Assembly (NCBI GenBank): GCA_964016885.1
Contig: OZ024742.1
Location: 191,394,001 to 191,458,000, forward strand
Direction of reading: 5' to 3'
DNA: 64,000 nt
From: Eledone cirrhosa
Lineage: Eukaryota
In this document: piece by piece, positions 26,544 to 38,832 of the stretch
Layout of the letters: each line of letters starts with the position of its first letter
Numbering within the stretch: the stretch's first letter is position 1
The notes under the pieces: generated by a model
What the model saw: the letters and a program-made list of their open reading frames with translations, nothing else
What the model was told of the DNA's origin: nothing
Database searches by the model: none
Translations under genes and position numbers: made by a program

Positions 26544-28529
26544 TTACCTTACTTCTCGTAGGGGAAGGACGGCTTTTCCATCCTTTTCACTGCTTGTGGC
26601 CTCCTCAGGAAGGATGTCCTTATAAATCCTCCTGGAGAGTGCTTGTCGGAAGTCTCCGATGTCTTTGGGGAATTTTTGTTTTAGTGTCATGTACGTTTTC
26701 TGTGTGATGCGAGTGATTTGTATGTGTGGAGGTGGTGTGAATTTTGGGGTTGTTGTGTAGTCTTTTTCTGTGATGCTGGTGTTGTGTTGGATGTAGTGTA
26801 ATAATTGCTTGTTGTTCAAATTTAATGCTGTGTAGTGTGTATCGTTTTGGTTGTTTTGTTTTGTTTGCGTTTGTTGTGGGTTTCTTTCTGTTTCGAATTT
26901 TGGTGACTTTTGTGGTGTAGGTGATGGTGGTGCTGGGGATAATGATGGTGATGGTGTTGGTGTTTGGGTTGATGGGGTTGGTGATGCTGGTGTGGATGGT
27001 GGCATATCTGTCCTAACTTTTTTGTTTCTTAGTTTATTTGTTTCCCTCTGTATTTTGTTTTTGGAGGGGGAAGGAAGAGAATTTTTTCTTTTTTGGTTTC
27101 TTTTTTTTTTTCCGGATATCGTTTCCCACTCCTCGTCGTCACAATCTGTCTCCAGTTGTGATAGGCCGGGGAGTGGAAAATCCTCCACAGCCGTTAGTTT
27201 TGGTTGTGGTGTGGTGGATGGTGTAGGCGCTGGTGCTAGTTCTGAAGCGTTGGGTGGTGGTGGTGTTGGTTTTGCTGGTGGTGGTAGTGGTGTTGGTTTT
27301 GCTACTGTTGCTGGGGTTGTTGCTGTTATAGTTGCTTCTGTTGTTGCTGCTACAGTTGTTGCTGCCATCTCTGCTACTGGTGGTGTTGATGGTTTTGTCA
27401 CTGGGGTGGGTAGGAGAGGTGGCCTCAACGTTTTAGCCTGAGGGCAGAAAGCCCTTAGGTGGGTTCCTTCACCACAAACGACACACCTAGGTCTTCTGCC
27501 CTCGACAATTACCGTGAGGTGGCTGCCGTCAGTGAGGTCTATTACCTCTGGGATCTCCTCAATGCTTTTTTGGTCCGCTTGGATCAGGAGCTCCATCCCA
27601 GATCCGGACCAGTTTTCCTGCTTTTCTTTTGCTACTGCTATTATTTTCGTGTTGGCTTCGATGCCGGTGAGGACAGCCGCTATTAGCCAGGGAATTTCGA
27701 TGGCCGGTGGAACGTGGGTCACCCTGATCTTTACGAGTCTCTGGCCACAATAGCTTGGGACGAGTGTGAGGTCGTCACTTTTTAATGGGGCCATGGAGTG
27801 TTCTCTAGCCTCCTCTGGTGTTTCAAAGAACACATCCACGGTTCCATACTTTTGCCCACGTCTGATGTGGGTTTTTCTTGCCCACACATGTCCCAAAGCT
27901 TTTTGGATTTGGGACTCGGATGCCCGTTCCACTCGGCGCGATTTTACATTTATTGTTCTATACGACACGGTGCACAGGCGCCGATGCTCCATTTTATTAG
28001 GTGGGGGGGTGAGGCTGACCCTGTACCCATCTTTCTTTACCATTTGTTTGGCATTTTCTAAATCTTCTTGGGTTACCGTGAACGCTTCGAATTGTTTTGC
28101 TACGATGGCGAAACTGAGGGTCGGTTTTATAATGTCATTGTTGTTGTTGTTGCTATCGTTAATATTAATTTTATTTTCAGTTGTGGTGGTTGTGACGTCA
28201 GTCGTCTTTGGTGGGGAAGAGTCCATTTTGCTTGATTTCATTTCGACGTCACGAGTTAATTTATTTTTGTCTTCTTTTGTTTCTGTTGTCGCGGTGGTGG
28301 TGGTGGTGGTGGTTGTTGCGGTGGTGGTGGTGGTGGAGGGTTTAACACCTGCAGTCATTGGTAATGGCGGGAAATGAATGTCTGCCTGAGACAAATTTAA
28401 AATATTGCTACTGCTTATATTTTTTTTTGTGTTGGCAAACGTAGTAACATTTACAATGGTGGTGTCGGTGTGAGGTGTTATTTTGTGAGGAAGGCTTTCA
28501 GCTGCTTCGTGCAGAGGGGAATTAGCCAT
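26544..28529 (-). CDS. LINE ORF1 protein (661 aa; RRM-like region, CX2CX4HX4C knuckle, Pro/Thr-rich linker, basic tract)
   Basis: Uninterrupted ORF; CVVCGEGTHLRAFC; homologous frameshifted ORF1 at 46065-48079. Confidence 0.85.
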   Translation of the reverse strand: MANSPLHEAAESLPHKITPHTDTTIVNVTTFANTKKNISSSNILNLSQADIHFPPLPMTAGVKPSTTTTTATTTTTTTTATTETKEDKNKLTRDVEMKSSKMDSSPPKTTDVTTTTTENKININDSNNNNNDIIKPTLSFAIVAKQFEAFTVTQEDLENAKQMVKKDGYRVSLTPPPNKMEHRRLCTVSYRTINVKSRRVERASESQIQKALGHVWARKTHIRRGQKYGTVDVFFETPEEAREHSMAPLKSDDLTLVPSYCGQRLVKIRVTHVPPAIEIPWLIAAVLTGIEANTKIIAVAKEKQENWSGSGMELLIQADQKSIEEIPEVIDLTDGSHLTVIVEGRRPRCVVCGEGTHLRAFCPQAKTLRPPLLPTPVTKPSTPPVAEMAATTVAATTEATITATTPATVAKPTPLPPPAKPTPPPPNASELAPAPTPSTTPQPKLTAVEDFPLPGLSQLETDCDDEEWETISGKKKRNQKRKNSLPSPSKNKIQRETNKLRNKKVRTDMPPSTPASPTPSTQTPTPSPSLSPAPPSPTPQKSPKFETERNPQQTQTKQNNQNDTHYTALNLNNKQLLHYIQHNTSITEKDYTTTPKFTPPPHIQITRITQKTYMTLKQKFPKDIGDFRQALSRRIYKDILPEEATSSEKDGKAVLPLREVR

Positions 28530-28738
28530 TTTTTTTCAAAGAAATTTTTGGATAATAATAAAAGTTAAAATTTTGGGCACAAGGCCCCAATCTTTTTGGG
28601 TGTCCTTTTCGGAAAACAATGTATGTGTGCTTATAAACAGTTTACAATAAAATTTTCCATAAATGGCAATTTTTAAACAAACGGAAATAACAAACCTTTG
28701 CGGAGCTCACGATAATACGATTTCCTACGTAGGTCGCC

Positions 28739-28769
<31 letters not shown>

Positions 28770-28805
28770 TCATGTATATGTGTGTACTTTTATGCACATG
28801 AATAT

Positions 28806-29034
<229 letters not shown>

Positions 29035-29425
29035 GCTTACCTATATTTTCCTATATATATTAGTGTGCATCGTCTGGCATAAAAATCGATAATCGAGAAG
29101 TAGAATAGATAACATTTTTCTCATAAAATACAATGTTTTATAATAGAGAGAAAATATATAGTCAGTTATTCTGAAATAATTGCATTCTGTAAATATGACT
29201 TAATGATCAATGATGTAGTGTAATAAGAAAGTGGAACAATAGAAGATATTCATAATTAGAACACTATTTAACGCTATGAGGAATACAGGCTAAGACACTT
29301 ACATTGCCAAATAAATATACCAAGCCAATTTAAAAATATATATTCTATTACAGTAAATAGAAATTGCCTGTACAGTGTAGAGATTGCTGATTAGACATAT
29401 TAATGATATTATTATTAATAATAAT

Positions 29426-29810
29426 CGTTTCTGATTTAGGCATAAGGCCAGCAATTTCGGGGAGGGTGGGGAGAGTCGATTAAATCAAAACCAAGGGTAT
29501 TACTAGTATTTTATTTTATCGACCACCTAGGGATGAAAAGCAAACTAACCTCGGCAGGATTTAAATTCAAATTGTAAAGGGGCGTAACACTATGCTATAA
29601 AGTATGTTGTCTGACACTCTACTGATTCTGCCAACCCCTCGTCCTTGGTTTCCGATTTAGGCACAAGGCCAACAATTTTGGTGGGGAAAGGAAAGTCAAT
29701 TAAATGGACCCTAGTGCGTTCTGTTACTTTTATGTTATCGATGAAATGCAAAACATAAAGCGATATAACTGTATGCCGCAAAGTATTTTGTCCGATAATG
29801 CCAGTCCACA
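29426..29810 (-). mobile_element. Two tandem diverged SINE copies (longer subfamily)
   Basis: ttaggcataaggccagcaattt..ttttatcgac..ggatgaaaagcaaa..cctcggcaggattt; second unit from ~29648. Confidence 0.7.
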
Positions 29811-29843
29811 ACTCTTTATAATACTACTACTACTACTACTACA

Positions 29844-29883
<40 letters not shown>

Positions 29884-30255
29884 ATTGTTGACTCTTGCAT
29901 GATTCGAATTCAGAACGTAAAGAGCTGGTGTAGATATTACACACCATTTTCCATCGCGTCGAATAATCATGTATATCATTAGTCTTATTTTCATTACGGA
30001 CTATCTCTTCATTACGAAGCACAACAGTGTGTGCCTTCGGTAAATATAGTTTTGTTCTGGGTGCTGTTGATTCTAAGTATTGCCGTCAATTTATTCGAAG
30101 TAACTTCCACCAAACTGGTGGCTTTCTGATTAAATTAGGAACTTTCGTTATTTTTGTATTAATTGTCCTATCATTAGTAATTTCATATAGAATGGGGAAC
30201 TATAATTTATGTATTGATTTTAGTTTTCGATCTCGTAAAAAGTCGTTAATGAATG

Positions 30256-30291
<36 letters not shown>

Positions 30292-30318
30292 ATAATAATA
30301 TATATGTATGTATATATG

Positions 30319-30388
<70 letters not shown>

Positions 30389-30489
30389 TGTATATATATA
30401 TATTTATTTATTTATTTATCAAGATTAAATCAGTTTTAAACTAGCTAGTCTATTTTTCAACTCGTTATTTGGGATAATAGACTGTGACT

Positions 30490-30615
30490 ATATATCAGAA
30501 AATGTCGGTATCCGACGTCTGAGCTCTTGCCGTTTTAACAGTTAGTTCCAGATCAGCTGTAACTAACGGATGAAACGGCTAGAGCTCATCCGTCGGCCCC
30601 ACTCTTTCTAATATA
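30490..30615. repeat. Imperfect palindrome carrying a hammerhead 3' half (GAAA cgg..ccg TC)
   Basis: ccgacgtctgagctcttgccgtttt..gttagtt / aactaac..gaaacggctagagctcatccgtcgg. Confidence 0.65.
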
Positions 30616-31329
30616 TATATATATATATATGTACATCCATAACATATCACATTCGGATTCTTGGTGTGTGTGTATCTTTTGGAAACTCATTGTAGTATTA
30701 TGACAACTAGAGTATATATATAATATAGATAACACTATTACAACAAATTGCTCTCACTGGATCACGGCTGGAGGTAAATTTAATTCTAAATTCTTGATTG
30801 AACTCATAAAATTGTTCAAACCTTTCCGCACTATATTCCACCGCAATCGATATTTGCTTATGCGTAATCTGAGAGTAAAAGTATTTTTTTCCCCTTGTTA
30901 GTTTTATTATTATTGAAATATACATCGTAGTTGATAGCAAAGCTAAGCCATCTAATAAAGAATTCCATTTAATAGGTTTATTTGACTGACTTGGTCATGA
31001 CATGTTTCTGTTGAATACACATTGGGTACCAATGTTGTGGCATCATCCTTTCATAAAATAAACGTACTTTAACGAGGAGAATCCAATCATAATATATACA
31101 ATTTTCTCACACACACGCACACGTGTGTGGATATATATGTCAGCGACCGTTACTATAGAAAAATATTGCCTGTAACCTCGCTTCTTAGACTATATATAAA
31201 TGTGTATGTGCGTGTGTTTGGTGTGTTTCTGTGTGTATCAAATATATATATATCAGCTCCTGATTATTACTGGAATTCTATAAGAATCCAGCTTCTATAA
31301 TTTTCGGCGGAAGCAGGGGAGGAATGCGT

Positions 31330-31371
31330 GGCTCTGATGAACGCCAACTAGCGTGAAACAGACTCTCAGCT
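31330..31371 (+). ncRNA. Hammerhead ribozyme, paralog of 2499-2541
   Basis: ggct CTGATGA acgc-caacta-gcgt GAAA cagactc TC agct; lies in repeat 31285-31530, homologous to 2470-2710. Confidence 0.65.
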
Positions 31372-31613
31372 TCTCTCCCTTATTTCTTCGAAAAGAAGTG
31401 ACATAGTGACTACTTTAAAATTGATAGCGTATGGTCTTCTAAATGTTTTTAATTAAGCATACGGTATATTGCTAAATATACTATACATACATTCATGTAT
31501 ACATCGCTATCCCAGAGCGCCAACCCTAATACTATATATATATGTGTGTGTGGGTGTGGGTGCGTGGATGTGTGTGTGTGTGTATATGTGCGTGTGCGGG
31601 TGGGTATGTGTGT

Positions 31614-31707
<94 letters not shown>

Positions 31708-31709
<2 letters not shown>

Positions 31710-32270
31710 TAAAATAACAGATAAAGTTTAAGCAAAGAATCGTTGCTTTGACCCTTAACGGGATCTTCTGAAACTAAAAAAATCAATCTGTGAACGCAGA
31801 AGTAAATATTTTGAAAAACGTTGCAACCGAACGAAGACAGGAAGACGATACTTTGGTTCGTGGAGACGTTCCCTTGCAATGAACGGAAGAAAAACAAAAA
31901 CAAAAAAGACCGAAGATAATACGTCATGGGGCGGTGAGAACAATTACAAAACCACGTCTATGGTATAAATGAAGTCGTAGACTAAAATTCTATTTGGGAA
32001 ACCAAATGGTTCTCGGCTTCAGAGTTAAGAATAATGTAAATAAATTACAGAGGTTATTGAAATCAACAATAATTAAATGTATACACACACGTCATCCATA
32101 TACGTAAATACATATGCATACGCGAAAACACCCGCCATGGGTATGCAAGCACGTACACAAAAACACGCACACACATACAAAAACCCGCGTAACACCTGTA
32201 CACGCACAATTACGAACGTATACATCAAATACACATAAAAAAATATATATATATAACATCCGATATTTAA
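31708..32270 (-). mobile_element. PLE 3' region / pseudo-LTR copy, same family as 38833-40258
   Basis: Shared aaagtttaagcaaagaatcg..acccttaacgggatcttctgaaact..gaagacaggaagacgatactttggttcgtgga. Confidence 0.8.
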
Positions 32271-32983
32271 CACTTTTCTCTACGACAAACCACTTCTATT
32301 AAACTACAAAACATCTCGCTATTGTTATTGTTAACACAACATAAGATATTGATAAATGCCAATTGTACAGAATAATGCAACTGTAACGACAGCTTTTCGA
32401 AATATCAATATAGGAAATGTATTTATTCCATAAACAATTTCATCATTATTAATCTAGTTGTATTATTATCAAAGATTCCGATTGATACCACAGAAACCTA
32501 TTGCTCTTAGAGATAAATAAAATATGATTAGAGTATTGTCTATAAAACGTTATCTAGATTACAAAAGAAATGAAAGTTAATAGTATTATATATCTCAGGG
32601 AAGCTGAAAAGAGAAAATTAAATTTCGCAGTTACCCGAGGGCATGCTGGATTAATTTCCTTTCATTCGTGTTAATTCAGTTACGTTACTTTACTATCTAA
32701 ATATCACTGAAGTTTAAAGGACAATAATATTAAGAATTATAAAATCGAATTTCACATGCTGAAGTTTTCAACGTTAAGTTATCCCTATTTCGGTGTCCTA
32801 AATTATTAAAGAATGCAATATATGTAATTCAGAAATAAAATATATTTCATATATTTTAATATATGAAATGGATTTTTAAAGTGTCAAGTTAAATATATTT
32901 CAGTGGAACGCCTATATATGTATGTAAGTACTTATGTACGCATGGAGATACTGACATACATATAATGTATGTGTATAAATAAT

Positions 32984-33569
32984 TGTTTCTACGTTAGGCA
33001 CAAGGCCAGCAATTAACCAGTGTATTACTGGTACTTTATTTTATCGACCCCGTAAGGTTGAGTTAACCTCGGCGGGATTTGAACTCAGAATGGCAAGGGC
33101 CGTAACTCTATGCGTCAAAGCATGGCGTCCGACCCTCTACTGATACTGCCAATCCACCGCCTGATGATGTGGTCAAATAATTGTTTCTATTTTTGGCACA
33201 AGGCCAGCAATTATTTGAGTGTATTACTGGTACTTTATTTTATCGACCCCGTAAGGATGAAAGGCAAAGTTAACCTCGGCGGGATTTGAACTCAGAATGG
33301 CAAGGGCCGTAACTCTATGCGTCAAAGCATGGCGTCCGACCCTCGGCTGATACTGCCAATCCACCGCCTAATGATGTGGTCAAATAATTGTTTCTACCTT
33401 TGGCACAAGGCCAGCAATTTACCAGTGTATTACTGGTACTTTATTTTATCGACCCCGTAAGGATGAAAGGCAAAGTTCACCTCGGCGGGATTTGAACTCA
33501 GTCCGTTAATGGACGTAACTGTGCTGCAAAGCATGGCGTCCGACCCTCTACCGATACTGCCAATCCACC
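32984..33569 (-). mobile_element. Head-to-tail SINE trimer inside one 17-bp TSD
   Basis: Three ~190-bp SINE units; GTATGTGTATAAATAAT at 32967-32983 and 33570-33586. Confidence 0.9.
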
Positions 33570-34412
33570 GTATGTGTATAAATAATGAAATTAGATATGA
33601 TAGCAAAGGCTTTCCTTCTTTGCCTTATTTCCAGATTACTTCCAAACATCACCTCTTAGTCATTCAGTTGCCTCTTTCAATAGTAGCCTCTCGTTTCTCT
33701 TTTTCTCACTCAATCAAGCTCTCCTTCTATCTGTGTTTTAATATATAAACACGTTCACACATTGTACTTCAATGTATTTATGTATACACATATATCAATC
33801 ATTCCGTTATTGATCTATCCACCAATCTATTTATTGTTGTGGCTATTTACGTACCATAATATATATTGATAGCTATGAATCACATGCACATGCTTGTATG
33901 TAATGGAATTTATTAAGTAAATGGATTTAGCCACGGCTTCATCGTTGTGTGTTCCAACTTTTGATCAACCGAAGCAACTAATCATTGTGTCATGGTGTAT
34001 TCAGATTGATAGCTGAGTTTCCAGAATATTTCCATCATTAATGTAAGCCTTAGGCAGATTCATTGTCTAAATGTGAGCGAAACATTAGCCAATCTACCAA
34101 ATTTCACTCCTATTTAGATATTCGATTCGAACCTTTGGTAACAAGTACTTGTCCACGTTGTTAAAATATGGACATTAAATCGAGCATCTAGTGATTGCGA
34201 AAAGCCTTTTAATTATTCGGTCATTTTTACAGGAAATAGATAGAAATATATTCATGGTTGCACAGTCATTCTGACCTTTGGAAATTTGTGGATAAACACG
34301 AAAGAATTGCGCTACTCTCGGATCGATATCAAAATAGTTATACATATAATTATAAATATCTTTTGATGCTTTTGTGCAACTATATTGCTAATATATTATA
34401 CATGTATGTGCG

Positions 34413-34483
<71 letters not shown>

Positions 34484-34572
34484 GATATTAAATAAATGGA
34501 AACTATATTTATAAAACCATATTTATTCTATTATATATATTTCAAATTCTATTCAAAATTCTGAACAGATGG

Positions 34573-34637
<65 letters not shown>

Positions 34638-34675
34638 TTGTGTATGTGTGTGTGGTGTGCGTGTGTGTGTATGTG

Positions 34676-34749
<74 letters not shown>

Positions 34750-35093
34750 ATAGCAATCGACTGTGGTTTCAGTTATATTCTTTGGGTTTTGGATACATGC
34801 AATGTCTAAGAACATCAAATCTACCGAACGCTTCGCTAACTTAGTGTGATAATTTGTCCATCCAAATGCTGTTCATTTGCGGCAATTTCAGCCGGTAGTT
34901 GTGGAAAAATTAATTTAGAGCATACAACAGGATATTAAGGGAAACAGAGTTCGAATCTTCAGTGTGACTGATGGTCACGTTTTTTCCGACTTTAGGGGCA
35001 AAATACGATTTCCTAATCGAAAAATTTCCAATGGGATTACAGTTGATTGTTGTTTTCCGGGATCCTACATATTTTCAGAATTATGAGTGTGTA

Positions 35094-35135
<42 letters not shown>

Positions 35136-35282
35136 GTTGTGTGTGTGTGTATGCGCGTGTTGCGTGTGTGAGGGTGTATGTGTGTGGGGGTGTGTGTGTA
35201 TGTGTGTGTTCAAACAAATATACATAGTCATGTTTGTGTTTGCAAAGTCTGCACATTCTTGTGTGACCGCTTGCATTTGTTC

Positions 35283-35331
<49 letters not shown>

Positions 35332-35928
35332 GATTTCCACCCAATATACTATACATATTTATATATATCTTAATTGCTTCTGAAAGCACGATTTTGAAAA
35401 TAGTCGTGAAGGAGAGGCTTTTATAAGAATAAACATGTAAGTAAATGAAGACGGACAAAAGTTGTGACAAATAACGGATGCATATTAAAGGTTAAGTAAA
35501 CTGCTAAGAGAACTTGATTGTTCCCACATGTATCCGCTCCTCATCAAAAATCTTGAACCATCGCAAACTTAAAGCCGAACAAAGGTCTTATTCTAGTTTT
35601 TGTTATACTTCAAAATCCGGCTCTCAGAGTACGAAGCCACGGGAAAATCGAAAACACTTCCAATGCTGAAATGTCACGTTAAATAACAAAATTCTGCTAA
35701 GAAATGTCAACGATATTTTGAAAATCTAGTGTGAGGTGTGGTATCTGAATCAGCAGGATACATGAATTTGACGAAAATATAAAATTCAGTAGCTGGTAAT
35801 AATTTGAGGAAATTGTCATTAAAGATGAGGATCGTGTGTGGTATATGGTTGTATTTTGTTTCACCGCCGACGTGTCTATACTTACATATCTTTTCATCTC
35901 AAATTCTATAAAAAAATCTGAACAGATG

Positions 35929-35966
<38 letters not shown>

Positions 35967-36004
35967 TGTGCGTGTGTGTGTGTGTGTGTTTGTGTGTGTG
36001 GTGG

Positions 36005-36040
<36 letters not shown>

Positions 36041-37149
36041 TTTTTTTTTTCATGTATACATTCCTTTTTCCAGTATTTTATTTTATCTTATTCTATTTTA
36101 TTTTATTTTATGTACGTACACGCATTTATATATCTGCCCTCATGTTATCTGTGATTAATAGATGGCAACTACGTAGCTATTGCATTTATGCATATTGTGC
36201 ATGCAGTTTCAGGCTTATATCGCCCCATGAATGGGTTGGATACAAGCCTAGAAAATGTTGTCTCATCTAATATTTTATGTGCCATGTGCGCAGTTGCGTG
36301 TGTGTATGGGTATGTAGGTATTCATCAAGTATGTGCTTTTTTTAGGTATAAGGATGCCCATGCGCAGGTACATGTATGTATGTGTGTGCACACACATATG
36401 CATACATGCATCTGTATGCATGTCTGGGTGGATGTATTTGTATGAACATACCTGTATAAGCGTATGCATGTGTATGTGTAGATCTTCCATTTTTTCATCT
36501 GTATAAGTATATTTCATCTGTCTTAAGTATATATGCTTTCTTGAGTACAGTGTGTGTGTAGATATGTGTATATTTATAAAAAATACCTTTGAAATAACTT
36601 TTTCGAAAGGCTTTTTCAAGTATTCTTTTAAAAAAGTTCTTGTTATAGGGATTTTTTTTTTAATGTGTGTTTTTTAAGGTATTCTGGGGGTGTGCTTTTC
36701 TGAAACGTATTTTTAAATGTTTTTTCATCTTTTTTAAAATTCTTCTTACGTACTAGCTGTGCATTCAATATTTAGTGTGACTGTCTCATATAATACAGTT
36801 GCGGGTGTGTATGTGATCGCTGTGGGTGTATAAGTGCCTATATGTATCACGCCTGCGCGAAATATTAACATGGGTGCGGGCGCCTGCAAATTGGCAAGGC
36901 TACGACAGGGTGCAAGCGGTTCAATCATACAACCCCTACCTCCTACAGTAGTAATTCCGATATAAGAAACAACTTGGATTGACAGGTGGCAAATGAAAGG
37001 AATAATATATACGACGGCCATGAGTGGCCAAAAATACCGATGACGTATACAATTCTTGACCACTCTTCGAAAGATAACAAGATGATTTAAGCTACCGAGT
37101 GAAGGCCGCCGGTGTAACTAGATATTTGGAAACTCTGCTTCGTACAATC

Positions 37150-37245
37150 GACACTTCCTGAGGATCTTGCGATTTCAGTGTCGGATTGGATCATTGCATC
37201 GATCGTGCCTCGAGCTGGTCGCCAGAGAAACGATTGTAATATGTC
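37150..37245 (+). ncRNA. Hammerhead-like motif with long stem II, followed by AATAAA
   Basis: CTGAGGA tct-tgcga...tcgc-c-aga GAAA cgattg TA; stem I imperfect (gaca/tgtc). Confidence 0.5.
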
Positions 37246-37326
37246 TAATAAATTTTATTCGTCGCAACATTGATTCTCCGTTTATTACGTGATACGTATA
37301 TATGTATGTATATCTATATCTATATA

Positions 37327-37397
<71 letters not shown>

Positions 37398-37427
37398 AAA
37401 TCAAAAGATGGTTAAAGGAGTTCAATA

Positions 37428-37498
37428 TATTTTATTATGCGCATTTCAAAAACAAACATCATCAAACAATAATATTTGTGTTTTCATCAGAAAAAACA
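37428..37498 (-). ncRNA. Type I hammerhead ribozyme (left arm)
   Basis: Reverse complement copy of 37565-37635 with one stem I mismatch. Confidence 0.8.
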
Positions 37499-37564
37499 GG
37501 AGAACATGATATGAAGAACTGCACTATCAACAAGTGTTTTTTTAGCCTTCATATCATGTTCTCC

Positions 37565-37635
37565 TGTTTTATCTGATGAAAACACAAATATTATTGTTTG
37601 ATGATGTTTGTTTTTGAAATGCGCATAATAAAATA
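37565..37635 (+). ncRNA. Type I hammerhead ribozyme (right arm), predicted cleavage after 37627
   Basis: tgttttat CTGATGA aaacacaaatattatt-gttt-gatgatgtttgttttt GAAA tgcgca TA ataaaata: 8-bp stem I, long stem II, palindromic stem III. Confidence 0.87.
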
Positions 37636-37756
37636 TATTGAACTCCTTTAACCATCTTTTGATCTTATATTATGCATACTCCAGTCCCACAAACTGTAGA
37701 GTGCTTCTTATCCGATATCTGCATTGCTTTATTGTACTACAATAAAACTCACCTCC

Positions 37757-37827
<71 letters not shown>

Positions 37828-38134
37828 AGTAGACATTGATTGACATATATATTTAAAATAAAGACATGAAACAATCACAAGGGATAATTTGTAAAGTGCG
37901 TAATAACACATAGCAAGGTAGGTAACTAATTAAAGTTTAACTAGAGCTACGAATAGTACCTTTTAAAAAATTAATCATTTTTTCAAAGGATTAATCATAT
38001 TTTAAAAGGTAATATATCAATCAATTTCTAGTTGATGCTCGGATCTATTCATTGGAATCTTTGAGCTTATTCTACGGTGGATATGGCGCTTGTCTCGAAC
38101 ATGACTCCCTTAATTTAATAAATTAAATTAATTT

Positions 38135-38173
<39 letters not shown>

Positions 38174-38585
38174 GAAGAGCTTCTCCAGGACTAGAACTGT
38201 TTCATTCGTGAGAAATAATCAGGAAGCTGGCTGTTCAAGTAAGTGGGGGTAATATATATATTTTCTTTTCTTTTCTGGTGGTAGCAGAGGGTGGGGATTT
38301 GGATGGGTGAAGGTCATTGTTTGATGGACTTTAGAAACTAATTATTTAAGGCTAAAATAAGGGTGACAAAAGCAGAAAGGGATCCATCAACAGATTTAAG
38401 TGTTGGGGTGCTTCCCCTTATTGTGAAGTTTCTCTTAATATATATTCCAGGTGTCGACAAGAACATTCACACACGCACCCACTTACCCACGTACACACAC
38501 ATACACGCAGATACACGTACGCACACACAGGCAAGAACACACACAACAAACATACATAATGGTACATACACACACACATACATAC

Positions 38586-38677
<92 letters not shown>

Positions 38678-38832
38678 GTATATATACATATACATATATA
38701 TATATCACAGATATAAATATATGTATATATATATATATATAGTAATAATAATAAATTTGAAGACTAAAATCCAAAGAGGGATCGATAAGGATAAATATAT
38801 ATCAAATATATAAGAACCGTAGAGCAAATATT

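Larger units (their letters stand above)
22844..28738 (-). mobile_element. Full-length Tx1/L1-clade LINE inserted in (ATT)n
   Basis: 5' end GGCGACCTACG and 3' end AATAAAGAAAAC(ATT)n match the copy at 45851-51743; ORF1 plus APE-RT-zinc knuckle ORF2. Confidence 0.95.
37391..37672. repeat. Palindrome, ~126-bp arms, 30-nt spacer, inserted in (TA)n
   Basis: Arms 37391-37516 and 37547-37672 are near-perfect reverse complements. Confidence 0.93.

Noticed and set aside
26851-28377. Antisense ORFs of 196-203 aa over Tx1 ORF1 (and similar ones over Dong ORFs)
   Set aside because: Shadow frames of C/A-rich coding sequence with no independent motifs
32984-33569. CRISPR-like repeat array
   Set aside because: Units are ~190-bp SINEs with identical linkers; eukaryotic context, no cas genes
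36750-37270. Solo LTR (ends AATAAA..CAACA)
   Set aside because: No matching TG start with a TSD was found; hammerhead plus AATAAA fits a PLE pseudo-LTR better
38178-38228. Active hammerhead on the minus strand
   Set aside because: Core mutated (CUGAUUA) and triplet GGA; treated as a dead copy
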